This document shows positions 1-11,012 of a stretch of DNA of 64,000 nt, piece after piece. The DNA lies in NCBI GenBank assembly GCA_951406725.2, contig OX597815.1:52018001-52082000 (forward strand), given 5' to 3'. The stretch is from Octopus vulgaris (taxonomy: Eukaryota). Position 1 is the stretch's first letter; every line of letters begins with the position of its first letter. The notes under the pieces are model-generated. The model worked only from the letters and a program-made list of their open reading frames with translations, searched no databases and was not told where the DNA came from. Both the position numbers and the translations under genes were made by a program.

Positions 1-330
1 TCAAGCACAGCATATTTCCAAAGGTCTTGGTTACTAGTCAATGCCTCAGTGAGGCCCAATGTTTGAAGGTTCTGCTTCACCATCTCATCCCAGGTCTTCC
101 TGGGTCTATCTCTTCCACAGATTCCCTCAACTGCTAGGGTGTGACACTTTTTCACACAGCTGTCCTCATCCATTCACATGACATGTCCATACTGGCACAG
201 TTGTCTCTCTTGCACACCACATCTGATGCTTCTTAGTTCCAACTTTTCTTGTAAGGTGCTTACACTCTCTCGTGTATGCACACTGACATTACACATCCAG
301 TGGAGCATACTTGCTTCATTCCTTGCAAAT
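1..330 (-). mobile_element. RTE-clade LINE 3' fragment
   Basis: ORF 174..377(-) ARNEASMLHWMCNVSVHTRESVSTLQEKLELRSIRCGVQERQ matches the C-termini at 47927..48271 and 54027..54365. Confidence 0.9.
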
Positions 331-549
331 ATATATTCCACATACACACACATACATATATATTGTTGAATGGCCATTGATTACTCATTAATTCCTACCT
401 TTGACAGGTCATATTTTTTGTCCTACAAGGTGTCCTGCAATCATACTCCTCACCAAGCAAGCTTAATGGGGTTGCTGGTTTAGTTGCTGAGGACCCAACT
501 ATGTAACAGGTTGTACTGGGTGACATGTTATGAGTAGCATTCAAGAGCG

Positions 550-1110
550 ACCAAAGTTGTTTGAGGTGGAGTGGACATCTGGTGAGAATGAATGATGAAA
601 TACTTCTTAAGTAATTTTTGTATGGTGAGCTGGAAGATGTTCAGAGACCCACACATATACCTAAAATGAGGTTCAAGGACTGCCTCAGAGTTGCTCTGGC
701 ATAGACAGGAGTTTCAGTTGTTGATTGGGAGAGGGAGGCACAAGACTGAAATGGATGGAGGAAAAAAGTGCACAGTGGTTGTTTGAAGTTTGAAAGAGAG
801 AGAATGAAGCACAAGAAAATCAAGAGAAGGCTTAAGAAGAATGATCCTGTGAAAAATGAGGAAGCATTGTTTTTCATGTGTGTGATTTGTGAGAGTAAAT
901 GTTTGAGCCATGCAGGCCTGGTCAGCCATCAGAAGACTCACAGGAATCAACTCTTTGTAAACTGTGATATGGCTATTGTTCACAACAGAACATGTACAAC
1001 ATGTGAAAAGGTGTCTGTCAGTTGGGTGATTGAAAAGGCATGTCAAAAGAGTTCATACTATGGCACCTGTTCCTTCTGCTATCCAGCACAGCTGTGCATT
1101 ATGCAACAGA
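550..1110 (+). mobile_element. Second RTE-type LINE family, 3' fragment with terminal C2H2-like finger
   Basis: Reading through stops gives LRWSGHLVRM..LYGEL..RFKDCL..DWE..W, then CVICESKCLSHAGLVSHQKTH, the typical RTE C-terminus. Confidence 0.75.
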
Positions 1111-1202
1111 ATGAGCAAATATTTGGCTGAGCTCAAAAGTCATACAAGTGTCTCATATTGCATCATCAATGGGTCATTTCAATGATTCTTTCTAGCAGCT
1201 AC

Positions 1203-1272
1203 TGTATGTATGTATGTATGTATGTATGTATGTATGTATGTATGTATGTATGTATGTATGTATGCATGCATG
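1203..1272. repeat. (TATG)n microsatellite
   Basis: Seen directly. Confidence 0.95.
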
Positions 1273-1480
1273 CCATTCAGTCAGTCAGTCATTATTCAAC
1301 TTTATTTCAAAATTTCTTGCCAATAGAGAAAGAGCCAGTTTCTATCATAGATCCAAGGATCCTTCATTGGAATTTCAACAACATCAACAAGGTAACTTCG
1401 TATGTAGATATGTCTATGTACAGATTTGTACGTTTAGTTTTATGTATGTATTTTCATGCATATAACTGCATGTCTAGACA
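1273..1480 (-). mobile_element. 3' UTR fragment of the (CATA)n-associated RLE LINE
   Basis: Reverse complement tgtctagacatgcagttatatgcatgaaaatacatacataaaac matches ~17850-17915 downstream of the RLE ORF and runs into (CATA)n. Confidence 0.65.
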
Positions 1481-1722
1481 GGCCACTTCAATGTAAAACC
1501 TACAGCTTACTTGTCACAGTAGCTGTCTTAGCTCACTGAGCCACTGTGGCCAGTCCTCCAATTCTAAAGAGTGGGATCAGATTGCATGGGCTGATGCTCA
1601 CTTTAAAACTACTAATCACAGGCAGGAAGAAAAACCCTGCTTATGTAGACACTAGAAGGCATGCTGCTCTTCTCATGATCATCAGACATGAGGAAATTGC
1701 CATTATCATCATATAATATTTA

Positions 1723-1845
1723 TACATACATACATACATACATACATACATACATACATACATACATACATACATACATACATGCATGCATGCATGCATG
1801 CATGCATGCATACATACATACATACATCATCGTCATCATCATCAT
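1723..1845. repeat. (CATA)n/(CATG)n/(CAT)n compound microsatellite
   Basis: Seen directly. Confidence 0.95.
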
Positions 1846-2195
1846 TGAATATTGAATGTCTGTTTTCATGCTGGCATGGGTTGGACAGTTTGACTGAAAA
1901 CTGGTAAGCTGGGGAGCTGCACTAGGTTCCAATATAATTTGGCATTGTTTCTATGGCTGGATGCCCTTCCTAGTGCAAACGAATCCAAGAGTGTAATGGG
2001 TGCTGTTTATGTACTACTGGCATGGGTGCCAGTTACGCAGCCCTGGCATCAGCCATAAATACAATCTCACTTGGCTTTACAGGTTTTCTCAAACACAGTA
2101 TATCATCAAACATCTTGGTCACTTGTAACTGCCTCCGTGAAGCCCAGTGATTGAATGGTGCTGTTTATGTGCCACCGGCATGGGCGCCAGTTACA
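1830..2195 (-). mobile_element. RTE 3'-tail fragment (similar copies near 8483-8765+, 9722-10020-, 12150-12350-, 28320-28445+, 34230-34450-, 39015-39250+, 48770-49118+, 58600-59425-, 59632-60065-)
   Basis: Shares aggaagggcatccagc...ccaacccatgc(c/t)agcatgga...(GAT)n with the 3' end of the long RTE at 54720-54881. Confidence 0.8.
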
Positions 2196-2244
2196 TACAT
2201 ATATAGACATGTGCACATACACATACATTTACACGAGATATATA

Positions 2245-3664
2245 CTAGGTTGGAAAGAAAGTCCTTTTACATTTTTGATATGATCATTTTGAAGATATTT
2301 TTCCAACACTTACAGTAAAATAAGCATTAATTTTTACATTCTAACCCTTTAGCCTTTAAACTGGCTATTCCTGTTCCAAAATATTCTTTCACACCTACCT
2401 TACAATGTCATTCTAAAAATAAACACTCACATCATTGAAATCTTGTACTTGTGAAATAATGCATGATTAATTCGAAGCAATGTGAATAGATAAGCATTAT
2501 ATTTAACAGAGTAATCTGAATGCTAAAGGGTTAATGTTAGTTTCTTTGCAGATTACTTTATACAATAGTAATTAAATTTGTAACCATTCTACTCTTTCAA
2601 AATAAGTTTTGATCAAACCTGTATCAGGCAAAGCAAGCTTGTTGGATTTAGAAGGGGCTGTTCAGCAATGGAGGTAGTAAGAAATATTTATGGCAATGAA
2701 GCTTTAAGTATCTAGACATACCAGAGATGGTTTGGTAATTTTGCTTGAGAAATTTTTCTCTCACAGATCCCCCTTGACCTTAGTAACCAAGTTATGTCAA
2801 CAAGCTTCTGGAAACCTTGGTTGCAGAAAATCCAAAATGATCTGCATGAGAATTAGCAAAATAGTTCAATTCAAGTTAGACTTCAATCATAAAACACCTT
2901 CATGAACTAGGAAAACGTCTAAACTTGGGCAGTGGGTCTCTCATCATCTGATTGCTTCTCACTTTAATCAAAGAGTTGCCTTTTGTTTGTCATAAAAGAG
3001 TAGATTTGCTAACAAAGCCTTCTTAGCAGAATCATCACAAGTGAGGAAAGTGGGTTCTCTATAACTATATCCAATGAAAATAACAATGATTAGCACCTAA
3101 TGGAAACAGTGTATCCATTCCCAAACCATGACTGCACCCACAAAAAGTTATGCTCTGCGTTTAGTGGAATATGAAGGGAGACACCTGGCATGAAGTATTA
3201 AACCAAAATGAAATAATTAATGCAGAGCAGTATTGTTGTCAGTTGGAAGCATTGCACAAAAATCTGCAGAAAATGTGTCCATCATCATTCATTTGAAAAG
3301 GGATGATACTTTTAGACAATAGTGCAAGACCATATGTTGCTCAAGTTACTCAGGAACATATTATGGGTCTAAATATGAAAGTTTTGCTTCTTCTTTACTC
3401 TCCTGATCTTGCTCAACCTGATTATCATCTTTTCAGATTATTGCAATATTATTTAAAAGAAAATTAGTTTGATAATTGTGAAGAGGTAAAATATGATTTC
3501 AAGTGTTTTTTTGCTTCAAAACTTGAAGAATTTGACACCAAATAAATGGGAATTAGGTTATCAATAATAACAGGAAATATTATCTTGATTAAATATATCA
3601 ATTAAGACTAAAAAAGCATTTCTTTTTTAGCTTGAAATGTGACAGGACTTTCTTTCAAACCTGA
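2245..3664 (+). mobile_element. Decayed mariner transposon with TIRs and TA flanks
   Basis: Left TIR ctaggttggaaagaaagtccttttacattt matches the right TIR at 25/30. Remnant motifs GQWVSHH (~2928) and YSPDLAQPDYHLFRLL (~3396). Confidence 0.88.
2345..2530. mobile_element. piggyBac-like MITE nested in the mariner
   Basis: ccctttagc...gctaaaggg termini, flanked by ctaa and ttaa. An inverted copy starts at 35121. Confidence 0.7.
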
Positions 3665-3681
3665 TATATATATATATATAT

Positions 3682-4010
3682 ACAGCCTTGGCCAAAAGTA
3701 TTAGGCTACCCCAATGTTTTGGGGTTCTGCTATTTCAATGCTAATGAAATTTGTGCACCTGGTAGATTATGGTATATTTCAAAATATACATTAGTTTTAA
3801 TTCTTTAGCATCAATTATCACCTTTACACTGTACTGTATATATGCAACCAATTATGAGTAAGACCAATGTCCTAAATTAACTTATGTTTCCTTGATTATT
3901 TCTGAGTTTTTATGCTAAAATACATTGTAGATACAGTTAATAAACAGCAAAATGCCTAAAACAAAGGAGTTGAGTGAGTGTGAGTGAGGTCATATCGTAA
4001 TTATCATAAA
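3682..4010 (+). mobile_element. Tc1-like element 5' fragment
   Basis: TA-cagccttggccaaaagtatt terminus; MPKTKELSE at 3952 resembles a Tc1 transposase N-terminus. Confidence 0.55.
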
Positions 4011-4181
4011 GATGATAATTGAGATGAGACTTGGGATGAAATGAAGACAGTTCTGAAGTTGTTGCTGTTTCACAAGAAATGACAAAGGACTGCATTGATT
4101 GGCAACAGTGTGAAAGAAGCTCTGTCCTCGTGTTCAGGTACAGTGTAATCAATTTTAAAATTGAATATCTATGTGCATGCA

Positions 4182-4213
<32 letters not shown>

Positions 4214-4261
4214 TGTGCATGTGTGTGTAAACTTGTATTTTAAATGTATGTATTTGCATTC

Positions 4262-4380
4262 ACAGTTTGGACAAAATAATGGGAACATCTTGTTAAATGG
4301 AAGTTTTATTATTTAATATAGAGTTGGTCCACTTTTTGCATCAATCACAGTTTTAATACTGTGGAATTAACTTGTACAGG
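4262..4380 (-). mobile_element. Tc1-like element 3' fragment
   Basis: Minus strand reads IKTVIDAKSGPTLY* (Tc1 C-terminal AKGGPTxY motif), next to TIR-like cagtttggacaaaataatgggaaca. Confidence 0.6.
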
Positions 4381-4493
4381 AAGTCATTTACCTTTCAAAT
4401 GTGATGCCACTTAGTCAAAAGAATCATAGTACTGAAGGCTGCATGACGACCTCAGTAGTGCTGATACCATGAAAAAAGTAGCCAGTATATGTA

Positions 4494-5358
4494 CGAGGTG
4501 GTATCAAATGGTTTCCAGACTAGTTATGTTTAATAAAAAATAAATAACTTATTTACCTAAGTTTTAGCATCATCTCCTTTGAAATAGTCACCTTGTGCAA
4601 CAATACATCAGTCCTAGCATTCCTCCCACTTTTGGAATCTTACCTGGAAGTTGTTTTCTGTGAGTTGAGAACCTTCTGTAATTCACTCTGAATCTCAACA
4701 ACGGTGATCTTTGAGCTGCATTTTCATCTTGGGGGAAAGATGAAAGTCTGTAGGTGCTAAATCTGGTGAATAGGGTGGGTGTAGAAGTGATACCATGTTG
4801 TTTTTGGCAAGAAACTCACAAGTGAGGAAGGCTTGGTGAAGAATCCAATTCTTCACACTCCACAGATCTGGTTGCTTTTGCCATATGTCCTCCCTCAAAT
4901 GCTTCAAAACATCACAGTAGAACTCTTGAGCGATGGTCTGGCCCTGGGAGATGAATTCTCAATGCACAATACCACATTTCTAGGGGTGATATTTGTGGCA
5001 GGTCTTCAAGATCATTCATTGTCTTCCAAGAATGCTCCTCTGCTTTTGAAGCACCTGTGACTTGAAACATTGCGTATGACCCATTGCCCCATTGCTGTAA
5101 GCTCATTGAAGCATGCTCAATGTTTCCATAGCAGACTTTCCAAGTTTAATGCCAAATTTGTCCATGACAAAATTGCAGACTACAGCATACATGTGATCAC
5201 AAATACACAAATTTCAAATTTTGTGAATAAACACAGTGATGTCACTCGGCACACTGCCTCATATAGGTCACTACTAGCTCTCACTGTGCATCCAATAATG
5301 TGCTGCCATCTGTTGGCACATTACAGATCTAGTCCAGGAACTTTTTGAAACCATCTCA
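4494..5358 (-). mobile_element. Internally deleted mariner
   Basis: TIRs cgaggtggtatcaaatggtttccagactag / ctagtccaggaactttttgaaaccatctca with TA on both sides. ORF 4695..4907 LHPPYSPDLAPTDFHL. Confidence 0.9.
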
Positions 5359-5400
5359 TATCTATGTATAAGAAACAAGAGATGAACAAAAGAATATACT

Positions 5401-5592
5401 ATTATTTTATGAACTTCATTAGCTTACAGCCATTTCCACTATGAGATGTGTTGAACTTATAGTTGAGTGCCCGAATAACACCTTATAGCTTCATTAGGAT
5501 CTCAAACATCATGTTTACTCAGGTACTCAACAATGAGTCATTGATGTCCTCTTGTGGAAACAGTTGTAAGCTAATAAAGTTCATAAGATAAT
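5401..5592. repeat. Imperfect fold-back (inverted repeat), probably a Penelope pseudo-LTR remnant
   Basis: 5401-5439 is the reverse complement of 5554-5592. Inner pair gttgagtgcccgaataaca / tgtttactcaggtactcaac. Confidence 0.7.
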
Positions 5593-5699
5593 TGCTTATC
5601 CCTATGTTCTTATTACCACTCTGTACTTGGCTAACACTTGGTTTAGAAGCATACATATATTAAGTTCTACACCAGGTTATTAGTATCATAATGCCAAAG

Positions 5700-6260
<561 letters not shown>

Positions 6261-7162
6261 ATTATCTGGTGTACAGCATATTTTCAAAGCAGTTCTTGTT
6301 CAGGATAACATGCTCCAATGCTTTACTATTGATGTTTTTCCTGATCATGTTTCTCTTCAGTGCATCTCTGAAGTGAAGCAGTCACCTCTCTCACTGGCAT
6401 GATTTATAAGAATTATTTGAGCTCTTCAGTTTACTAGTCACTGTAAGTTACTCATTATTATTCTCTTGGGTAGCATCTAAGGTGGGTGTAGGCGGTAGTT
6501 TCTGCCATGTATTTAAAAGACTGCTCAATATATTTTAATATTTACATCCCTAAGACTTGTTGAAATTGTTATCGTTATTTTCATAGCCTATCTTGAATTT
6601 TCATATATTTTTATGTTAGGCTTGTATATCTATTTCTTTGTTGGCATCAAAAGGTCAAACATAAAGTTATGTTTAAAAGAGAGAGAATTGTATTTGCCTT
6701 GCGCATTAACTATGCAGAGTCACAGGAGTGTGAATGATTGCTATGCAAAACTTCCCTGGTTCAGTATTGATTTCAAATTTTGATGCATGGTCACAATTCA
6801 AGTAGGAGGGAATATGCAGTTACTATGACCCCAGTACTTGAAATAAATGATGATTATTTAATCCACCTTGGAAGATTGATAGGTAAAGGTGCCTTGGTAG
6901 GATTCAAACTCAGAATTTTAAAGAATGCAACTGGATACTGCAAAGAATTTTGCTCAATGTTCTCCTGCAAATTCAACTTTAATCAGAGATAATGTTTTTA
7001 ATTTTGTTTATGATATACAAAATTATTTTTTGGTATTACCATCATAGCATAAATACTTTAATATTATTACTTTTGGTAAAAATTTATCTGTATTTGACTT
7101 TATAATATAAAGCATCTAATTTTACAGTGTTCATATTTAAACCCTTTTGTTACTATATTTCT

Positions 7163-7393
7163 TATTTCTTTATTACCCACAAGGGGCTAAACATAGAGAG
7201 GACAAACAAGGACAGACAAAGGGATTAAGTCGATTACCTCGACCCCAGTGTGAAACTGGTACTTAATTTATCGACCCCAAAAGGATGAAAGGCAAAGTCG
7301 ACCTTGGCAGAATTTGAACTCAGAACATAATGGCAGAGGAAATACAGCTAAGCATTTTGCCTGGCATGCTAACGTTTCTGCCAGCTCGCTGCC
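7163..7393 (-). mobile_element. tRNA-derived SINE family B (CORE-like), 13-bp TSD
   Basis: TSD ttactatatttct at 7150-7162 and 7394-7406; B-box-like gagttcaaattc on the minus strand. Confidence 0.9.
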
Positions 7394-7490
7394 TTACTAT
7401 ATTTCTGTTGAAATACACAGCTAGTCTTTCAATAAGTTTTGAAAATAATGCAGAATTTATTAAGATAACTTTGTGATTATTAAGCTGGTG

Positions 7491-7699
7491 AGGTGGTGAG
7501 CTGGCAGAAACATTAGCATGCTGGGTGAAATGCTTAGTAGTATTTCGTCTGTCTTTACGTTTTGAGTTCAAATTCTTCCAAGTTTGGCTTTGCCTTTCAT
7601 CCTTTCGGGGTTGATAAATTAAGTACCAGTTGTGTACTGGGGTTGATCTAAATGACTGCCTCCATCAAAATTTCGGGCCTTGTGCATAGAGTAGAAAAG
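7491..7699 (+). mobile_element. SINE family B, 12-bp TSD
   Basis: TSD attaagctggtg at 7479-7490 and 7700-7711; central gcctttcatcctttcggggttgataaattaagtacc. Confidence 0.9.
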
Positions 7700-8817
7700 A
7701 TTAAGCTGGTGCTTGAAGCATAAACTAACATGATATTTTGATGGAAGGTTTTATTTAGATCACATTAAAAACAGGATGTTTGTATCATAGAGTCAGGGGT
7801 GGGCTCAAGTGGGTTGGTATCAAAAGAGTTAAATTGAAATCATTTAATACAATTTTATCTCAGAATCTTTTGTTGAGTTTGATTCCAAACACTAGGTTGA
7901 TAACAAAAATCTTAGTTATGTTGTTAAATCCTTCTAAATTCTCAATTAATATGAAATTAATTGAAACATAGCATATTTGATTAGAAATGTAGCCACAAAA
8001 GAATTAAGTTGTTCCCACTTACACTAAGACATAACATCATGCTGAAAATGTAAATATAATGATAGGTCTTAATATTTTCCCTGACAAAAATGCTTGATAA
8101 CTTATCCAATTGATCTTTGGTTATGTGTTTAATTAATTTTATTCATGTTCTGCTATTAAATACTTGTTTTTCTGTAATAGCAAATGTATTGTCTTGACTA
8201 TCAATCACTTAATTCTTTAATACATAAATATATTGGATCTTCATAGCACGATTTTTTGGTTTATTTTTCTTCTACATTTAGAGCAGTTGTAGTGTTCTCT
8301 AAAATATTAATAATTAATTCACATATATAATTCACTTTTGCACCTGTTTGGGTTTTTAAGCTGTGGTTTGTTTCTGTAATTGTAATACTGCACCTGCTTA
8401 CAAACCATCTTTACTAGGTGATATATATCAGTGTGTGTGTGTATGTGTATCTGTCTGTCTGTCTGTCTATCTGTGTGTGTGTTGGCCGATGCCAGCGCCG
8501 CCTCGACTGGCTTCCGTGCCGGTGGCACATAAAATACACCAATCCGACCGTGGCCGTTGCCAGCCTCGCCTGGCACCTGTGCAGGTGGCACGTAAAAAGC
8601 ACCCACTACACTCATGGAGTGGTTGGCGTTAGGAAGGGCATCCAGCTGTAGAAACATTGCCAGATAAGACTGGAGCCTGGTGCAGCCTTCTGGCTTCCCA
8701 GATCCCCGGTCAAACCGTCCAACCCATGATAGCATGGAGAACGGACGTTAAATGATGATGATGATAAATATTACATTTCTAAATATCTCAGAGAGATATA
8801 AGCAGTAGTGGTACGAT

Positions 8818-9195
8818 AGAGTAGTTGTATACTGTTAACTTAATGAAGGGAATCACACCACTGCTATTTAGCTCTAGGAAGCATCAACGCTACCTGTCAG
8901 CCTTGACACATTTCCTGTGTCCTTATGTTTACCAGGGGGAGACAAGCACCCCCACTCAGCTAAACCTGCATCCAGAGACTAGTTTCTGAGTCTTGCTCGT
9001 CATCAGTCTGGAGTAGCATGGCCTGCTAGCTGGAGATGCAAGCTTAGCTGGGTGGGGGTGCTTGTCTTCCCCTTGTAAACATAAGGACACAGGAAATGTA
9101 TCAAGGCTGACAGGAAGCATTGATGCGTCCTTGGGCTAAATAGCAGTGGTGTGATTTGCTTCATGGGACTGTCACATTAAGTTGACAGTATACAA

Positions 9196-9202
<7 letters not shown>
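8818..9202. mobile_element. Fold-back element (155/168-nt arms) with a hammerhead in the loop
   Basis: 8818-8972 versus reverse complement of 9035-9202: by my count ~14 mismatches plus one 13-nt indel. Confidence 0.85.
8971..9012 (-). ncRNA. Minimal type-I hammerhead ribozyme motif (Penelope-type)
   Basis: Minus strand uccaga-CUGAUGA-cgag(caaga)cuca-GAAA-cuag-UC-ucugga: 6-bp stem I, complete core, GUC triplet, palindromic ACUAGU stem III; C.A mismatch at the base of stem II. Confidence 0.8.
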
Positions 9203-9254
<52 letters not shown>

Positions 9255-9257
<3 letters not shown>

Positions 9258-9705
9258 CTTTATTCAAAGCAGCAGAAAATTCAACAAAACCTGTTACTCT
9301 GAGTTTCCTGTTGCCGTTCGACGAGTACTTGAGTACTCTTTTTGAGTACTCTTTTTTCCACCTTGTTTCACATTTATGTGTTTACTCCGGTATATATATA
9401 TATTATCCAAAGTGCACAGTATTACATATCCATCATGGCTGGTCTTACCAATTGGTTTCGCAGAAAAAATACAATGGAGTGTTAGTTAACAATCTGATTA
9501 TATAACCTTACGCTCAGCAGAGTTAGCCCATAAATACAAAACAAGGTGGAAAAAAATAGTACTTGAATAATAAAGGTAGAGAAATATGGTTTTAGTGAAG
9601 CTGCAAAATTTTCACAAAACTGTTACTCAGAGTTTCATATTCCTGACAAACAGGAACATGACACTCTGAGTAAGTTTTGTGATAATTTTGCAGCTTTAAT
9701 AAAAG
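9255..9705. repeat. Nested inverted repeats with decayed hammerhead-like motifs (Penelope pseudo-LTR-like)
   Basis: Hairpin 9590-9704; outer pair 9344-9378 / 9529-9565; ctgacaa-acaggaacat-gaca-ctctgag-ta at 9643. Confidence 0.6.
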
Positions 9706-10228
9706 TACATATATATATCATTCTAATTGTTTAATGTCCGCCTTCCATGCTGGCATGGGTTGGATGGTTTGACAGGAGCTGACCTGGCAGCAGCCTATGC
9801 CAGACACCTGTGTCTGGCAGGGATTTTACAGCTGGATGTCCTTAACACCAATCAACCTGCAGAGTGGACCAAGTGCTTTTTATATAGCACAACCACAGGT
9901 GAGGTTTGGCATAGTTTTTACAGCTGAATGCCCTTCCAAATGCCAACCACTTTACAGTGTGGATTGGATGCTTTTTAAGTGACACCAGCACTGGCAGGGT
10001 CACCAAGTAACTTGCAAAACAAAGATCCTTTGAGAGGGGAGGGGCATTGGAAGAAGGAATCATGTGTCAGATGATGAAAGGTTATAGTGAAACAGAGAGA
10101 GAGAAACAGGTGTCTAGCTGTAGAGGAAGTACATGGTTACCTGGCCAGAGAAAGAGGGAGAGAGAGAGAGAGAAAGAGAAAGAGAAAGAGAGAAAGAGCG
10201 AGAGAAAAAATGAGAATAGGAACATATA

Positions 10229-10507
10229 TAGTGTACCCACCTTATTCCCAGTTTGGTATTTGTGGTCCTGGTTATTCTTTGAACTAATAATTGTTTGCGT
10301 AAGCTACTCCATATTTGCGGAATTGTAAATATCGTCCATGATTTTTTATGGCTTTTTTGTGGCAGTATACATTTTTTCACACTTTTTAAGGTTAAATTAT
10401 TAATAATAATACACCAGCTTACTGGACCCCCCTTTGCAGCTGAAGCTCCCTCTGATTAGACTAACTGCACATCACATCGCTCGTTTTTTTAAGAGAAAAG
10501 TACACTG
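10229..10507. mobile_element. Possible Tc1/mariner-derived MITE
   Basis: tagtgtac...gtacactg-TA termini; minus strand contains AAKGGP. Confidence 0.3.
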
Positions 10508-10637
10508 TATCGTGTATCTCTTATTTTTGCTTTCAATTAAAGCTTGCTAATTAGTATAGCGACATCTATCAATATTTCACACATACACACTCTCTCTCCC
10601 TCTCTCACTGTATTTTTCTCTCAACAACACCAACCTC

Positions 10638-11012
10638 TCAGGCTGTGTGGTAAGAAGCTTGCTTTCCAACCACATGGTTCTGGGTTCAGTCCCACTGTAT
10701 GGCACCTTAGGCAAGTGTCTTCTACTGTAGCCCCAGACCTACCAAAGCCTTGTGAGTGAATTTGGTAGACAGAAACTGAAAGAAAGAAGCCTGTTGTATA
10801 TGTGTGTGTGAGTGTGTGTGTGTGTGTGTGTTTCTCCCCCCACCATTGCTTGACAACCGATGATGATGTGTTTATGTCCCCAGAACTTAGTGGTTCAGCA
10901 AAAGAGACCTACAGAATAAGTACAAAGAATAAGTCCTGGGGTTGATTTGTTTAACTAAAGGCAGTGCTCTAGCATGGCCACTGTCAAATGACTGAAACAA
11001 GTAAAAGGATAA
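10638..11012 (+). mobile_element. tRNA-derived SINE family A (other copies/halves near 11270, 18025-, 18290-18676-, 26080-, 26655+, 27870-28235-, 30898-31472-, 34048+, 34800+, 46950-, 47340-, 49138-, 49415-, 50140+, 61585-)
   Basis: A-box ggctgtgtggt, B-box ggttcagtccc, internal (TG)n, 3' end gtcaaatgactgaaacaagtaaaag. Confidence 0.9.

Larger units (their letters stand above)
7142..7828. mobile_element. piggyBac-like MITE interrupted by two SINEs
   Basis: cccttttg...caaaagag termini near TTAA. The sequence is continuous once the two TSD-bounded SINEs are removed. Confidence 0.6.

Noticed and set aside
1158-1932. [12 protein letters not shown]-type ORFs here and throughout the window
   Set aside because: Translations of microsatellites.
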